From positions 59,450 through 123,449 of the forward strand of contig JAUQQQ010000006.1 in NCBI GenBank assembly GCA_030549815.1: DNA of 64,000 bases, given 5' to 3'. Positions 30,240 through 40,597 of this stretch are shown here, piece after piece. The stretch's first letter is position 1. Each line of letters begins with the position of its first letter. The stretch comes from a bacterium. Lineage in GTDB: Bacteria > DRYD01. The position numbers and the translations under genes were made by a program. Under the pieces are notes generated by a model that was given only the letters and a program-made list of their open reading frames with translations, searched no databases and was not told the DNA's origin.

Positions 30240-31481
30240 ATGGTAGAGGATAAGAAGAAAACGAAAGTTTATAATTATATAGCTTTTGATGAAGCGGGCT
30301 TAAAATATGCAGGACTAATTGAGGCTTATTCTGAAAAAGAAGCAGAAAGAATACTTGCAGGTGGTGGATATAGAAACATTAAACTAAAGGAGTTAACTCC
30401 ATTCCAGCATTACATAGTTGCTAATTTTATTAAGATAAGTAGGCAAGAGGTTATGTTGTTTACTCGTCAAGTAGCAGAAATGTTGAAGGCAGGTTTTCCT
30501 GTAGCTCGTTTATTTGATGTTATTGCTTTATCTACATACAACAGGAAATTGGCATTGATATGTTTGGTAATAAAAGAGAATTTAAAATCAGGTAATGCAA
30601 TAAGTACGGCATTGCAAAGATACACGGATATCTTTTCTCCTGTTTATATTGCTCTTATAAGAGTAGGTGAAAAAACGGGGCAACTTTTTGATGTTATGGA
30701 AGAATTAGCGAAGTATTCCGAAGAAGAACATAAGATAAGAAGCAAGCTTATATCTTCTCTTATTTATCCAATTTTTGTTTTATTAATTACATTTTTAATA
30801 GTCTGGGGATTAATTGTTTTTATATTTCCTAAATTATTTGAAATAATGCAAGGTTTTGACGCTCCTATTCCTCTTTTAACACAAATTTTATTAAAGCTTT
30901 CACAAATTCTTTCTAATCCTTTGGTTTTAGGTATGGGATTTACTTTTATTTTTATTTCATCTTTACTTTTTAGGTTTTTTACAGAGCTTTCTCCTAAGAC
31001 AAAAATTTTAATAGAGAAAATAATCTTTGCTATTCCTTATATTGGTAATATTATGTATAAAATATATGAATTAAGGTTTGCAAGGGCTTTGTTGTTGGTT
31101 TTAAGAAGTGGGATGTCTTTTTTGGAAGGATTGAGAAACTTAGAACAATCTTTTGATAGTGGTATTATGAAAGAGGTTTCAATAAGATTACAACGGTATT
31201 TAAAAGAAGGAGAATATTTAACTACTGCTCTTTATAAAGTTAAATTCTTTTCTCCTTTTTTTATTGATATGGTAAAGACTGGGGAGGAGACAGGAGAATT
31301 AGAAGTTATGCTTGAAAAGATATGCCAGAATTTAGAGTTTGAAATAAGAAATAAGATAGATGCTTTATTATCACTTTTTGAACCTGCTTTGGTTGTTTTT
31401 TTAGGTATAGTTGTAGGGTTAATCCTATTTGCAGTTTTCTTGCCTATAGCAAGTATAGTTGGAACAGTAACAAAGTATTAA
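30240..31481 (+). CDS. pilC: Type II secretion / type IV pilus platform protein (GspF/PilC family)
   Basis: FTRQVAEML.AG, GEKTGQL, LIYP, GEETGEL, EP; three TM segments. Confidence 0.9.
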   Translation: MVEDKKKTKVYNYIAFDEAGLKYAGLIEAYSEKEAERILAGGGYRNIKLKELTPFQHYIVANFIKISRQEVMLFTRQVAEMLKAGFPVARLFDVIALSTYNRKLALICLVIKENLKSGNAISTALQRYTDIFSPVYIALIRVGEKTGQLFDVMEELAKYSEEEHKIRSKLISSLIYPIFVLLITFLIVWGLIVFIFPKLFEIMQGFDAPIPLLTQILLKLSQILSNPLVLGMGFTFIFISSLLFRFFTELSPKTKILIEKIIFAIPYIGNIMYKIYELRFARALLLVLRSGMSFLEGLRNLEQSFDSGIMKEVSIRLQRYLKEGEYLTTALYKVKFFSPFFIDMVKTGEETGELEVMLEKICQNLEFEIRNKIDALLSLFEPALVVFLGIVVGLILFAVFLPIASIVGTVTKY

Positions 31482-31524
31482 ATGAAAAGGGAAATATAAA
31501 GGATAGTTGAATAAGATAATGGGG

Positions 31525-31596
31525 GGCGACGTAGCCAAGCGGCAAGGCAGGGGCCTGCAAAGCCTCGATTCCCGGGTTCGAATCCCGGCGTCGCCT
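31525..31596 (+). tRNA. tRNA-Cys (GCA); CCA not encoded
   Basis: GGCGACG/CGTCGCC acceptor stem, U73 discriminator, CTGCAAA loop, GGTTCGAATCC. Confidence 0.96.
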
Positions 31597-31607
31597 CAAT
31601 AAATAAC

Positions 31608-32621
31608 ATGCGAAACAAACTTATTATCTCCTTACTCCTTATTATTATCATCTTTCAACAATATATCATATCAACTAATTCTCAGAAAGCTTACTCTGAA
31701 CACGAGGAAAAAGTTATAAGTGCCATAGAGAGGATAAAAAAATCTGTTGTTAGAATTGATGCCTGGTCAAGCGAGGGAAAGCCGAGAGAGTTGGGATCAG
31801 GTGTAGTATTTACTAACCAGGGGCACATTATAACAAATGCTCATGTTATTAAAGATGCTGATAATATAAACGTTACATTTTTTGATGGTAAAAAAAAAGT
31901 AGGAGTTCTGGTAGATTATTCAGACCAGTATGATATTGCTGTTTTAAAAGTTGATCCAGCAGGTTTAAACTTAGTTCCTGCAAAATTCGCTGATGCTGAT
32001 AAACTGAAGCTGGGTCAAACTGTTATAGCAGTGGGTAATCCTTTGAATTTTGGTTGGACGTGCACTGTGGGTATAGTAAGTGGCCTTGATAGAAACATAA
32101 AAGTTGATAACAGAATATATGAAAACCTTATTCAAACTGATGCTGCTATAAACAAAGGTAACTCAGGGGGGGCACTTGTCAATTTAGCAGGGCAAGTCGT
32201 GGGAATAAATACCCTGGTTTATAGAGGTAAAAGTGGAGCAGAAGGAGTTGGTTTTGCTATTACTTCGAATAAAGCAAGATATGTTGCTAATGACATACTT
32301 AAGGGAAGAGTTCTTGTTCCCCAAAGAGCATGGTTGGGTATAGAACCAATAGAAATAACTCCTCAATTGGCAGAAAGATATTCTTTACCTGTAAATTATG
32401 GAATATACGTTAAATCCGTTATACCTGATGGACCTGCTGATAAATATGGAATAATGCCAGGAGATATAATAATTAAATTAGATGATAAAATTGTTGATAG
32501 TATAGCAAAGTTTAATACATTGATAGAATCGAAGAAACCAGGTGATTTTATAAAGGTTACCGTTTATAGTAATAACATAATGAAAGTTATTAATGTGAAG
32601 CTTGATGTAAGAAGTAGGTAA
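31608..32621 (+). CDS. HtrA/DegP-family serine protease with one PDZ domain
   Basis: GSGV, TNAHVI, DIAVLK, QTDAAINKGNSGG, WLGI (PDZ); signal peptide. Confidence 0.95.
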   Translation: MRNKLIISLLLIIIIFQQYIISTNSQKAYSEHEEKVISAIERIKKSVVRIDAWSSEGKPRELGSGVVFTNQGHIITNAHVIKDADNINVTFFDGKKKVGVLVDYSDQYDIAVLKVDPAGLNLVPAKFADADKLKLGQTVIAVGNPLNFGWTCTVGIVSGLDRNIKVDNRIYENLIQTDAAINKGNSGGALVNLAGQVVGINTLVYRGKSGAEGVGFAITSNKARYVANDILKGRVLVPQRAWLGIEPIEITPQLAERYSLPVNYGIYVKSVIPDGPADKYGIMPGDIIIKLDDKIVDSIAKFNTLIESKKPGDFIKVTVYSNNIMKVINVKLDVRSR

Positions 32622-32634
32622 GGAGGTTGAAAAA

Positions 32635-33033
32635 ATGTTAATTCAAATGAATTTGGGATATTTTTTTATATTCTTTGCTACATTTGTTGCTCTTGTTTTC
32701 GCTGTATTCAATCTTATTATTCCTCTTATTATTGCTCCAAAGGATTGGGAGGAAAAGGATGAAAAATTAAAGATTTTCAAAAAATGGAGAACTGTTCCTT
32801 ATGAATCTGGTGAAATAAATCCTATACCCGCAAGATTTCAATATAATATACACTACTATATGTATGCTCTTCTTTTTGTTATATTTGATATTGAGGTTTT
32901 GTTTTTTATTCCATGGATTATAACTTTGCAACAAATTGGATGGATAACTTTAATTGAAATGCTTATCTTTGTTGCTATTCTGTTGGTTGGGCTTTATTAT
33001 GCTGTTGTAAAAGATGCTTTAAGATGGAGGTGA
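32635..33033 (+). CDS. nuoA: NADH-quinone oxidoreductase subunit A
   Basis: PYESG, YYMYALLFVIFDIE, three TMs, ends ALRW. Confidence 0.93.
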   Translation: MLIQMNLGYFFIFFATFVALVFAVFNLIIPLIIAPKDWEEKDEKLKIFKKWRTVPYESGEINPIPARFQYNIHYYMYALLFVIFDIEVLFFIPWIITLQQIGWITLIEMLIFVAILLVGLYYAVVKDALRWR

Positions 33034-33039
33034 TTAGTT

Positions 33040-33636
33040 TTGAATTTTGAAATAAAAAGTAGGTCGGATTTGCCTATACCTTCAAGTAGGATGGAGGTAG
33101 TTCCTAAGCTTAGAAGATTACCTGCTTTAAAGGAATTTTCGATTAGGGACAAAATTCCTGTATATTTAGAATCGTTACCCGGTGGTCAGTTAATAATGAC
33201 CAAAGTGGATGATGTTTTAAAATGGTCAAGGGCGGGATCTTTGTGGTATCTTTTATTTGGTTTAGCCTGTTGTGCTATTGAAATGATGGCTACTGGAGCT
33301 TCAAGGTTTGATTTTGAAAGATTAGGTATGCCTTTTAGGGCTTCTCCAAGGCAAGCTGATTTAATGATATTGGCAGGGACGATTACCTGGAAAATGGCAC
33401 CCAGGGTCAGAGTATTGTATGAGCAAATGCCGCATCCTAAGTATGTTATAGCAATGGGTACTTGCACAATAAGGGGAGGACCGTATGTTTATCAGTGTTA
33501 TTCTGTGCTGCCAGGAGCGGATGTGATAGTTCCTGTTGATGTTTATGTTCCTGGTTGTCCACCAAGACCAGAAGCTTTGCTTCATGGCTGTATGGTCTTA
33601 CAAGAGAAGATAAGAGCAGGAAATTCACCTAAATAA
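33040..33636 (+). CDS. nuoB: NADH-quinone oxidoreductase subunit B
   Basis: [35 protein letters not shown]. Confidence 0.96.
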   Translation: MNFEIKSRSDLPIPSSRMEVVPKLRRLPALKEFSIRDKIPVYLESLPGGQLIMTKVDDVLKWSRAGSLWYLLFGLACCAIEMMATGASRFDFERLGMPFRASPRQADLMILAGTITWKMAPRVRVLYEQMPHPKYVIAMGTCTIRGGPYVYQCYSVLPGADVIVPVDVYVPGCPPRPEALLHGCMVLQEKIRAGNSPK

Positions 33637-33641
33637 AAATT

Positions 33642-33863
33642 TCATTCTTTCATTATTTCTATTATCTTTTTTCGAGAATTTGCTCCTGCTATTATCTTTA
33701 TGTTTTTTTTTGGGATTTTAAAGTAATCTGATAAAATTTCTATCAATTCTTTATTTGCTTGGTTGTCAATTGGTTGAGATTTTAGTTCGATAATAAAATT
33801 ATTGCCATCCCTTTTTATGCTTTGTTTTTTTCTGTTAGGTTTTACTATTATTGTGATTTTCAT
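33642..33863 (-). CDS. DUF167/YggU family protein
   Basis: VKPN, P.DNQANKELIE.LS, I.IIAG.NSRKK. Confidence 0.88.
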   Translation of the reverse strand: MKITIIVKPNRKKQSIKRDGNNFIIELKSQPIDNQANKELIEILSDYFKIPKKNIKIIAGANSRKKIIEIMKE

Positions 33864-36243
33864 TTGTTTTTATTCCAACTCTATTAAATAGGTATGCAAC
33901 TAAAAGAAGAGACAATCCCATTATAAAACTAAGAATTGCTTTGAAAATGGATGGTATATCATAGAAAATCACAGTAAATGCATTAATTATAGCAAGTAAA
34001 GATATAGCAAAACCTGCTTGTCTCCATATTTTTGAATTAACTTTTATTCCAATGTATATAGCAAAAAATGAATAGATGATCCATATTGTTGATATCACGA
34101 GAGTGTAATATATTTTCCAGTTTGGTAAATTAGAATTATAGAATATGTGTAAAATTTCTTGGCTGAAGCCTATTAAAACAAATAGATTAATAAAAATAAT
34201 CATTGTATCTCCCAATATTTTGTAATCTATTGCCATCTCTTCACTTTTACTTAACATTGTGTTTGATCGATGATATAAAAATAAAGACGCGGCTATAAGA
34301 AAGATAAAACTAATAAACCTTATATTAAAAAATGGATACCATTCTTTTGTGTATTTTAGGTAAAATTCTTCATTAATAGTTGGTATAATTTGTACAATAA
34401 GAAGACTAATAACTATAAATAACAGGCTGATAAAAAACGAAATTCCTGCAGACCTTATAAATATGTCATCTATTTGTTTGTTGTATTTTAAGTAATCGTA
34501 TAATAAAATTGACGCAACCCCAAGTATAGCAAATATTATTGAAATCGAATGTAATATTGCAAACCATGTTTGTTGATCATGTGGAATCTGAAAGATATTT
34601 AGAATAAATGAATAGATGACGGATATAATCAAACCAATTAACCATATTCTAAGATCTCCAATTTTTGTCGATGCAAATATCCTTTTGAATAAAATAATAC
34701 CGTTGATAAAAATTAATAATAGAAAAATTAATAATGAAAAGCTTTTTCCCATAATGTCACTTAATAAAACTATAGAAGTTAAGATTGAAGGGAAAAACCA
34801 TAAAGAAAAAGAGTAAAATAGATATTCCTGCTCCTTTATAATTTTACTTGTAACTAAAAATGTTAAAATAAATGGAAGTGAAAAAATAATAGGTAATACA
34901 ATAAAATAAATACATGAAAGGATGATAATGAAAGTAATATCAGAAAGGAGGTAATCTATTTTTTCAATTGCTTCGAACAATTTTTTTATAAAAGGTATAT
35001 ATTTAGCCCAAATTGTCAATAAACTTCCTACAAAAAATTCCACAAGAAAAAATGACTTACTAAGCTCAACATAATCTATGCTTTTAACTCTTTCATAATT
35101 AAAAGTAATTAAGCAAAAAACTGCAAGAATGATAAAAAATGAGAGTAAAATATTTCCGAAATTCAAACTGCCTATGTTAAAAATGAAATAAAATATAAAC
35201 ACAAAAAATGAAATAATTATGTGAGAAAGTGAGTAATAAAAGAAGTTACCTTTTTTATCTTTTATCAATGAAAATATTATTGCAGTAATTAAAAAATATA
35301 GAATCCACAAGTAATCAAAGTTTGAAATTAATAAGAAAGATAAACCTGTTAAAAAGCCAGTATTTAAACTTAATACTGTCGCTAAATTTTCCAAATTCTC
35401 CCCAATGCTTCTCGATAAAAAATAAATACCAATGTTAGTAAAAAAGAAAAACATAGTATATAATCCTGAATATAAAAATGCGAAATTTTCAACATAATTG
35501 TTAATAATTAGTTGTCCGATTATGTAGAAAATAAAATTGATAATAAAAAGATAATCTTGATCTAAACGAATTATATCTTGTTTTTTTATTATCGAATAAA
35601 TTAATATACTTGCTGAAAAAATGACATAGTTTATTAAGGTATAGGTAAGTAATATTGGTAAAGAGATTTGGTCTTGAAGAAAATTATTAAAAATCTTGTA
35701 AAAAGTAAAGGAAAATGAGATGATGAAAACAAAAAAATTGATGTACCCAATCGTTGAAAATCTCTTGTATGTTGATGTAAAAACTACACTTAAGTTTAGC
35801 AAAGTTATGTATAGAAGTGAAAAATTCGGATTAACTCCAAAAAAGAATATGGGAAAATATCCACCTAAGATTGTAATGAAAGACAAAAATACAGAACTGA
35901 ACTTTATAGTAAAAATAATTAAAGCAAATAAAATTATTGCCTGAAAAACAAAAGCCAATGATAAGTCGATAGTTTTGAAAAATACTGCAACAAAATTGGT
36001 TGTAAGTAGTATAGAAAAACCAATTGAAGTTACTGCTTCGTAGAATATTTTTTGGGTTTTTGATTTGATTAGTCCTCCTGTTGTAATAAATCCTATTCCT
36101 ATTATTGCACTAAGCAGAAATCTTAAGGGTAGTGATATAGCATTCCATATTTCTTTCAAAAAATAACCTGCAGATAGAATAACAAAGAAAACTGCAAGAA
36201 TTAAAAATAGCCTTCCCCCTACTATTTCCTCCCAATTTTTCAC
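33835..36243 (-). CDS. DUF2339-like polytopic membrane protein
   Basis: WEEIVGG..F..L...GYFLK start; very many TMs; PFFN.RF; C-terminal SF..G..LL..AY. Confidence 0.75.
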   Translation of the reverse strand: MKNWEEIVGGRLFLILAVFFVILSAGYFLKEIWNAISLPLRFLLSAIIGIGFITTGGLIKSKTQKIFYEAVTSIGFSILLTTNFVAVFFKTIDLSLAFVFQAIILFALIIFTIKFSSVFLSFITILGGYFPIFFFGVNPNFSLLYITLLNLSVVFTSTYKRFSTIGYINFFVFIISFSFTFYKIFNNFLQDQISLPILLTYTLINYVIFSASILIYSIIKKQDIIRLDQDYLFIINFIFYIIGQLIINNYVENFAFLYSGLYTMFFFFTNIGIYFLSRSIGENLENLATVLSLNTGFLTGLSFLLISNFDYLWILYFLITAIIFSLIKDKKGNFFYYSLSHIIISFFVFIFYFIFNIGSLNFGNILLSFFIILAVFCLITFNYERVKSIDYVELSKSFFLVEFFVGSLLTIWAKYIPFIKKLFEAIEKIDYLLSDITFIIILSCIYFIVLPIIFSLPFILTFLVTSKIIKEQEYLFYSFSLWFFPSILTSIVLLSDIMGKSFSLLIFLLLIFINGIILFKRIFASTKIGDLRIWLIGLIISVIYSFILNIFQIPHDQQTWFAILHSISIIFAILGVASILLYDYLKYNKQIDDIFIRSAGISFFISLLFIVISLLIVQIIPTINEEFYLKYTKEWYPFFNIRFISFIFLIAASLFLYHRSNTMLSKSEEMAIDYKILGDTMIIFINLFVLIGFSQEILHIFYNSNLPNWKIYYTLVISTIWIIYSFFAIYIGIKVNSKIWRQAGFAISLLAIINAFTVIFYDIPSIFKAILSFIMGLSLLLVAYLFNRVGIKTNENHNNSKT

Positions 36244-36291
36244 TTTTCCACCCCCTCTTATTTAAAAATTTAAAAAATTTAGATTAAAAAT

Positions 36292-37749
36292 TTAAAAATT
36301 AGTGTGTGACATTATGGTTCCTGCGATTACAGCAGATGAAAAATTGGCCAAGTTTCCAATTATCAGTGCTCTAAGTCCAAGCTGTGCTATCGTTGGCCTT
36401 ATTTTTGGTTCTAAAGCCCCGATCCCACCTATCTGTATTCCTATGGAGCTAAAATTTGCAAACCCCGCTAAAGCATAGCTTAAGATTATTTTAGATTGCA
36501 TTGATAATACATCTGGATTTTCTGCTATCGTTTTAGCAAAATTACTATAAGCAACAAACTCATTTATTACTATTTTCTGGCTTATAAAGTTTGCTGCTAA
36601 AAAAGCTTCGTGCTTAGGAATACCTAATAGATAAGCTATAGGGTAAGTTATAAACGAAAGTATATCTTGAAAGGTAAATGGCTTAAGAATAAAACTAAAG
36701 GAAAGTAGGTTAATAGATTTAATTGGTGAAATAGTAAACAACCAACTTGTTATATTGAATACTAAATCATTTAGGAGTGCGATTAAACTAATGAAAGCTA
36801 ATAACATTGCGCCTACGTTGAATGCTAAAAACATCCCATCTCTTGCTCCTAAGGTTATGGCTTCAAATAGGTTTGTTCCTGGTTTTTCTAATTTTATTTT
36901 TATATCTCCTCTTGTTACAGGGTCTCCTGTTTCTGGTATCAGGGTTTTAGACATATAAACGGATGCTGTAACTGAAAGGATTATAGCTGTTAGTAAGTGT
37001 CCTGCTATTGTGGGTATGTAGGGACTAATCATAGCAACATAGGCTGCCATGACTCCTCCAGCCATAGTTGCCATTCCTGCTGACATAACTGTGAAAATCT
37101 CGGATCGAGTAAGCAATGCAAGAAATGGTTTTATTATCAATGGTGCTTCAGTTTGACCAACGAATAACTTTGCTGATGCAACGACGGATTCTGCCCCGGA
37201 TGTCCCTAAAACTCTCATCATTATCCAAGCATATGCTTTTATTATTAACTCCATTAAACCAATGTAATAAAAGAAATAAATTAAAGCACCAAAGAATACT
37301 ATCGTAGGTAGAATGATGAATGTAAAATTAATTAGTGGATTTTCTAAATTTCCTGTAACGAAACTTGCAAACAGGAAATTAATTCCTTTTTTAGCATATT
37401 CCATAAGTGCTAAAAATACATCATTTGCTGCTTTAAAAATTCCTACAAAATCTTGAGTTAATAACAATAGCAAAGCAAGGATTAGTTGGAATAAGAAACC
37501 AACGATTAATGTTTTATAATTTATTGCTTTTACATTTTCACTAAGGAAAAATAATGTTGTAAAAATAAAGGTTAACCCGATTATTCCTCTGATGATTTTG
37601 TTTGTTTCAAATATATTTGCTAAAAGAAACAGGATTGATAAGATAGCAAAATATGATAATATTTTTATCCCCATTTGTACAATTTTGTTTTGTAAGAATG
37701 AATTTCCAGTTTCTAATTTTTTTTCTTGTTCTTTATCATTTTCATTCAT
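36292..37749 (-). CDS. nupC: Concentrative nucleoside transporter (NupC/CNT family)
   Basis: LPTIVFF, FVGQTEAP, GMATMAGG, NEFVAY, GFANFSSIGIQIGG. Confidence 0.94.
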   Translation of the reverse strand: MNENDKEQEKKLETGNSFLQNKIVQMGIKILSYFAILSILFLLANIFETNKIIRGIIGLTFIFTTLFFLSENVKAINYKTLIVGFLFQLILALLLLLTQDFVGIFKAANDVFLALMEYAKKGINFLFASFVTGNLENPLINFTFIILPTIVFFGALIYFFYYIGLMELIIKAYAWIMMRVLGTSGAESVVASAKLFVGQTEAPLIIKPFLALLTRSEIFTVMSAGMATMAGGVMAAYVAMISPYIPTIAGHLLTAIILSVTASVYMSKTLIPETGDPVTRGDIKIKLEKPGTNLFEAITLGARDGMFLAFNVGAMLLAFISLIALLNDLVFNITSWLFTISPIKSINLLSFSFILKPFTFQDILSFITYPIAYLLGIPKHEAFLAANFISQKIVINEFVAYSNFAKTIAENPDVLSMQSKIILSYALAGFANFSSIGIQIGGIGALEPKIRPTIAQLGLRALIIGNLANFSSAVIAGTIMSHTNF

Positions 37750-37985
37750 ATTGTTTTTCCCCTTTGAAGTAGTATATGAAATATTTCTTTGATAATTTTT
37801 CTTTTCCCTTCTTAAAAAATTTAATTTTTTATTTTAAAATAAAAAATTTATTTTTTATTTTTACAATTTTTTTACATTTGTGGTGTGTTTTTATTTTGAA
37901 AAATTTTAATAAATAGAATGTTAGTACCAAAAGAAATTGTTGAAAGTAGTAGCAAGAAATATTGTTTATCAGGTAGAGGAAGTAA

Positions 37986-38993
37986 ATGAAAAAGAATGTA
38001 TTGATAACTGGTTCTTGTGGGTTTATCGGGTATTTTGTTTGTTTAGAATTTCTTAAGAATAATTACAGAGTTTTTGGAGTTGATAATCTTAATGATTATT
38101 ATTCCAAATTAATGAAAAACCATAGATTAACATTATTATCTCAAAATAAAGGTTATACTCACCTGTATTTTGATTTATCAGTAAAAAAAGATGTCAAATT
38201 TCTTTTTGATAGATTAAAAAATGAGGAAATAGAATATGTTGTTCATTTGGCTGCCTATCCCGGTGTTCAGTATAGTTTAAAAAATCCTCAGAAATATATT
38301 AAAAACAATATAGTAGCAACTCAAAATCTGTTTGATTTTATTAATAAACACCCTTATTTTAAAAAAAATATTATTTTAGCTTCTACTTCTTCGGTTTATA
38401 CAGGTAATCCTTTACCTTTTAATGAAGATCTTTGTATAAAAGAATTTAGATCACCTTATGCTTATACCAAATTTGCATCTGAAAATATTGCAAGATTTTT
38501 CTACTCAGTTTATGATTTTAATGTTGTTGTATTAAGATACTTTACTGTTTATGGACCTCTTAATCGCCCTGATATGGCAGTTTATAAGTTTTTTGAATCA
38601 ATTTTGAAAGGTAAAACTATTTATGTAAGAGGGAAGGATATTGAAAGAGATTTTACATATGTTGAAGATGCTGCAAAAGCTACTTTCCAAGCAACAAAAT
38701 TGTTTACATTAAATCAAAAGGTTTTTGAGATTATAAATATTGGTAGTGACAACCCTATAAAAGTTCTGGATTTGATTAAGGTTATGTTTGAGGTTGCGAA
38801 GAAGGAAACTAAGGTTGTGGTAGGGGAGTATGCAAGTTTTGAACCCGTCTCTACTTGGGCAAATATTGAAAAGGCAAGAAAGTTACTTAACTTCTCTCCT
38901 TCGATTGATCTGTATCAAAATTTACTAAAAACTTTTCGATCCCTTGAACATTATTGGAATGAAATTGAAGGAAGTTTATTGAGAATACATTAA
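37986..38993 (+). CDS. NAD-dependent nucleotide-sugar epimerase (UDP-glucuronate 4-epimerase-like)
   Basis: TGSCGFIG, DNLNDYY, HLAA, STSSVY, YAYTK, RYFTVYGP..RPDMA, RDFTY. Confidence 0.9.
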   Translation: MKKNVLITGSCGFIGYFVCLEFLKNNYRVFGVDNLNDYYSKLMKNHRLTLLSQNKGYTHLYFDLSVKKDVKFLFDRLKNEEIEYVVHLAAYPGVQYSLKNPQKYIKNNIVATQNLFDFINKHPYFKKNIILASTSSVYTGNPLPFNEDLCIKEFRSPYAYTKFASENIARFFYSVYDFNVVVLRYFTVYGPLNRPDMAVYKFFESILKGKTIYVRGKDIERDFTYVEDAAKATFQATKLFTLNQKVFEIINIGSDNPIKVLDLIKVMFEVAKKETKVVVGEYASFEPVSTWANIEKARKLLNFSPSIDLYQNLLKTFRSLEHYWNEIEGSLLRIH

Positions 38994-39234
38994 TAAATCA
39001 TTAATTTTTATTTGTAAATCTTGGATTTTTATTCTGTTTATTACTTTTTTCTATTGCTAATACAACAGAGCCTTTAATTAGTATTCCAGAAAAATATGAG
39101 GATAATTTCGATGCTTATAAAGATTATAATACTTTGTTTTTTTAGGATTGCAATGAAAATGTGGTTTAGATATACTATGATGCTTTATCGGGGAGGATTG
39201 TTAATTTATTAAGTAAATAGTATGAACAGGTTAG

Positions 39235-39408
39235 TGGTTTTGCTTTAAAAACATAGATGGAGCTGCCTATAGAGCTATCCAATTAATCACAAATAAAGAA
39301 ATGAGAGAAAGAATGGGAGATTTGGTAAGAGAATACGTCAAAAATAGATTCCTCATAACAAGACACCTAAAAGATTATCTCGTGCTTCTTAATAGATTTT
39401 ATGATTAA
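39235..39408 (+). pseudogene. Remnant of the 3' end of a TreT-like GT4 glycosyltransferase
   Basis: NIDGAAYRAIQLITNKEMRERMGDLVREYVKNRFLITRHLKDYL resembles trehalose synthase TreT C-termini; upstream frame is broken (TAG at 39232). Confidence 0.7.
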
Positions 39409-39439
39409 AACAAAAGATAAAAAAAGGATAATTATCTTT

Positions 39440-40597
39440 CTATACAAGTTTATCATAAATCTTCCTTAATATTTTACTTGTTATTCCTTTTTTATCTATC
39501 CATCCTATTGAAGGGTATATTACGAAAGAAAAGATTCTAACTAGGAGTTTAAGGTGTTTTTCCTTGCCCTTTTCTGTACTGCTTTTTACCTTTATCACCT
39601 CTTCCAAGTTTTTATCATTTATTTTTTCTATACCTTCTTCTTTGAGTTTTTTTATAAGCATCTGTTTTTTTTCTTCTGTATTTACGTTTATTTGTAAAAG
39701 ATATTTTAGTGGCACAAAGTGAGGGATAAGAACTTCTCCTATGAATAATTCATTTAATTATTCGGGTTTTAGGCGGATATTATTATTAGTGGTGTCTCCC
39801 CAAGCATCTACTTGGTGTATAATACTATTTGGTATTTCTATAGGTTCAATACTAAAAACAAGATCTCCTATGTCTTTTTCGTTGGATAGCCTGAAGAATA
39901 CATAGTTACTTCCTCCACCGTATTCATCAAATGATCCTATTCCATTACTATTTATTCCTGTTTCTTTTCGTAGTTCTTTTGATATTAATCCTCCAGATTT
40001 GATAATATTTTTGATTATTTCTATTTTTTCAAAAGTATTCTTATTTCCTAATAAGAAATGGTTTAGAAATAATTTTGTTTTATTTTCTTCAATATATTTG
40101 TTTTTATTTTTATCCAATGGTAATAGTTTTATATTGTATTTTAGCAATGTGCTTTGTAGAGTTTGAAAATTTTTTTGGGAATCTCCGATTATTTCAATAA
40201 TTCCCTGTTGAGGTAAGGGTTTTGGATTTTGTTCGAAATACTTTGTTTCTATTTTTTTCATCTTTTCTCCTATAAATTCTTGTATAGATTGTTTTAGTTT
40301 TTCATTTATTGGTAGAACAAGTAGGGTACCTCTTACTGTTTTCCAGAATACGACATGAACCTTTGGGGGTGTGTATTTGTATCCTTCTATAAATGGAGTA
40401 AAATGTAATTCTGTTTTGTTAAAAAGTTCAAGCAGAATATTTTTTATTTTTTCCGTTTCCTTTAGATAATCCTTATTTATTCTAATTATTATTTTATCGT
40501 TAGTTGAATTAATATCGTCAATAATTTTAATATCTTTGAATATATTACTATCTGTCGTATAAATGTTTATTTTTTGATTATTGATTTTTATTTCCAT
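39440..40597 (-). pseudogene. Putative ADP-ribosyltransferase-fold gene interrupted by one in-frame TAA (joins ORFs 39758..40597 and 39440..39715)
   Basis: After the TAA at 39760-39758 the same frame reads LNELFIGEVLIPHF directly into the 91-aa ORF. Motifs: H..., GGLIS..R, GG.NYVFFR, DAWG, GEVLIP. Confidence 0.6.

Noticed and set aside
21639-31596. tRNAs as integration sites for mobile elements
   Set aside because: No duplicated tRNA 3' ends or adjacent integrases were seen, and the flanks are housekeeping genes.
39758-39760. Internal stop as evidence of an alternative genetic code or selenocysteine
   Set aside because: The codon is TAA, which terminates many normal genes in this window; TGA and TAG are also used as stops.
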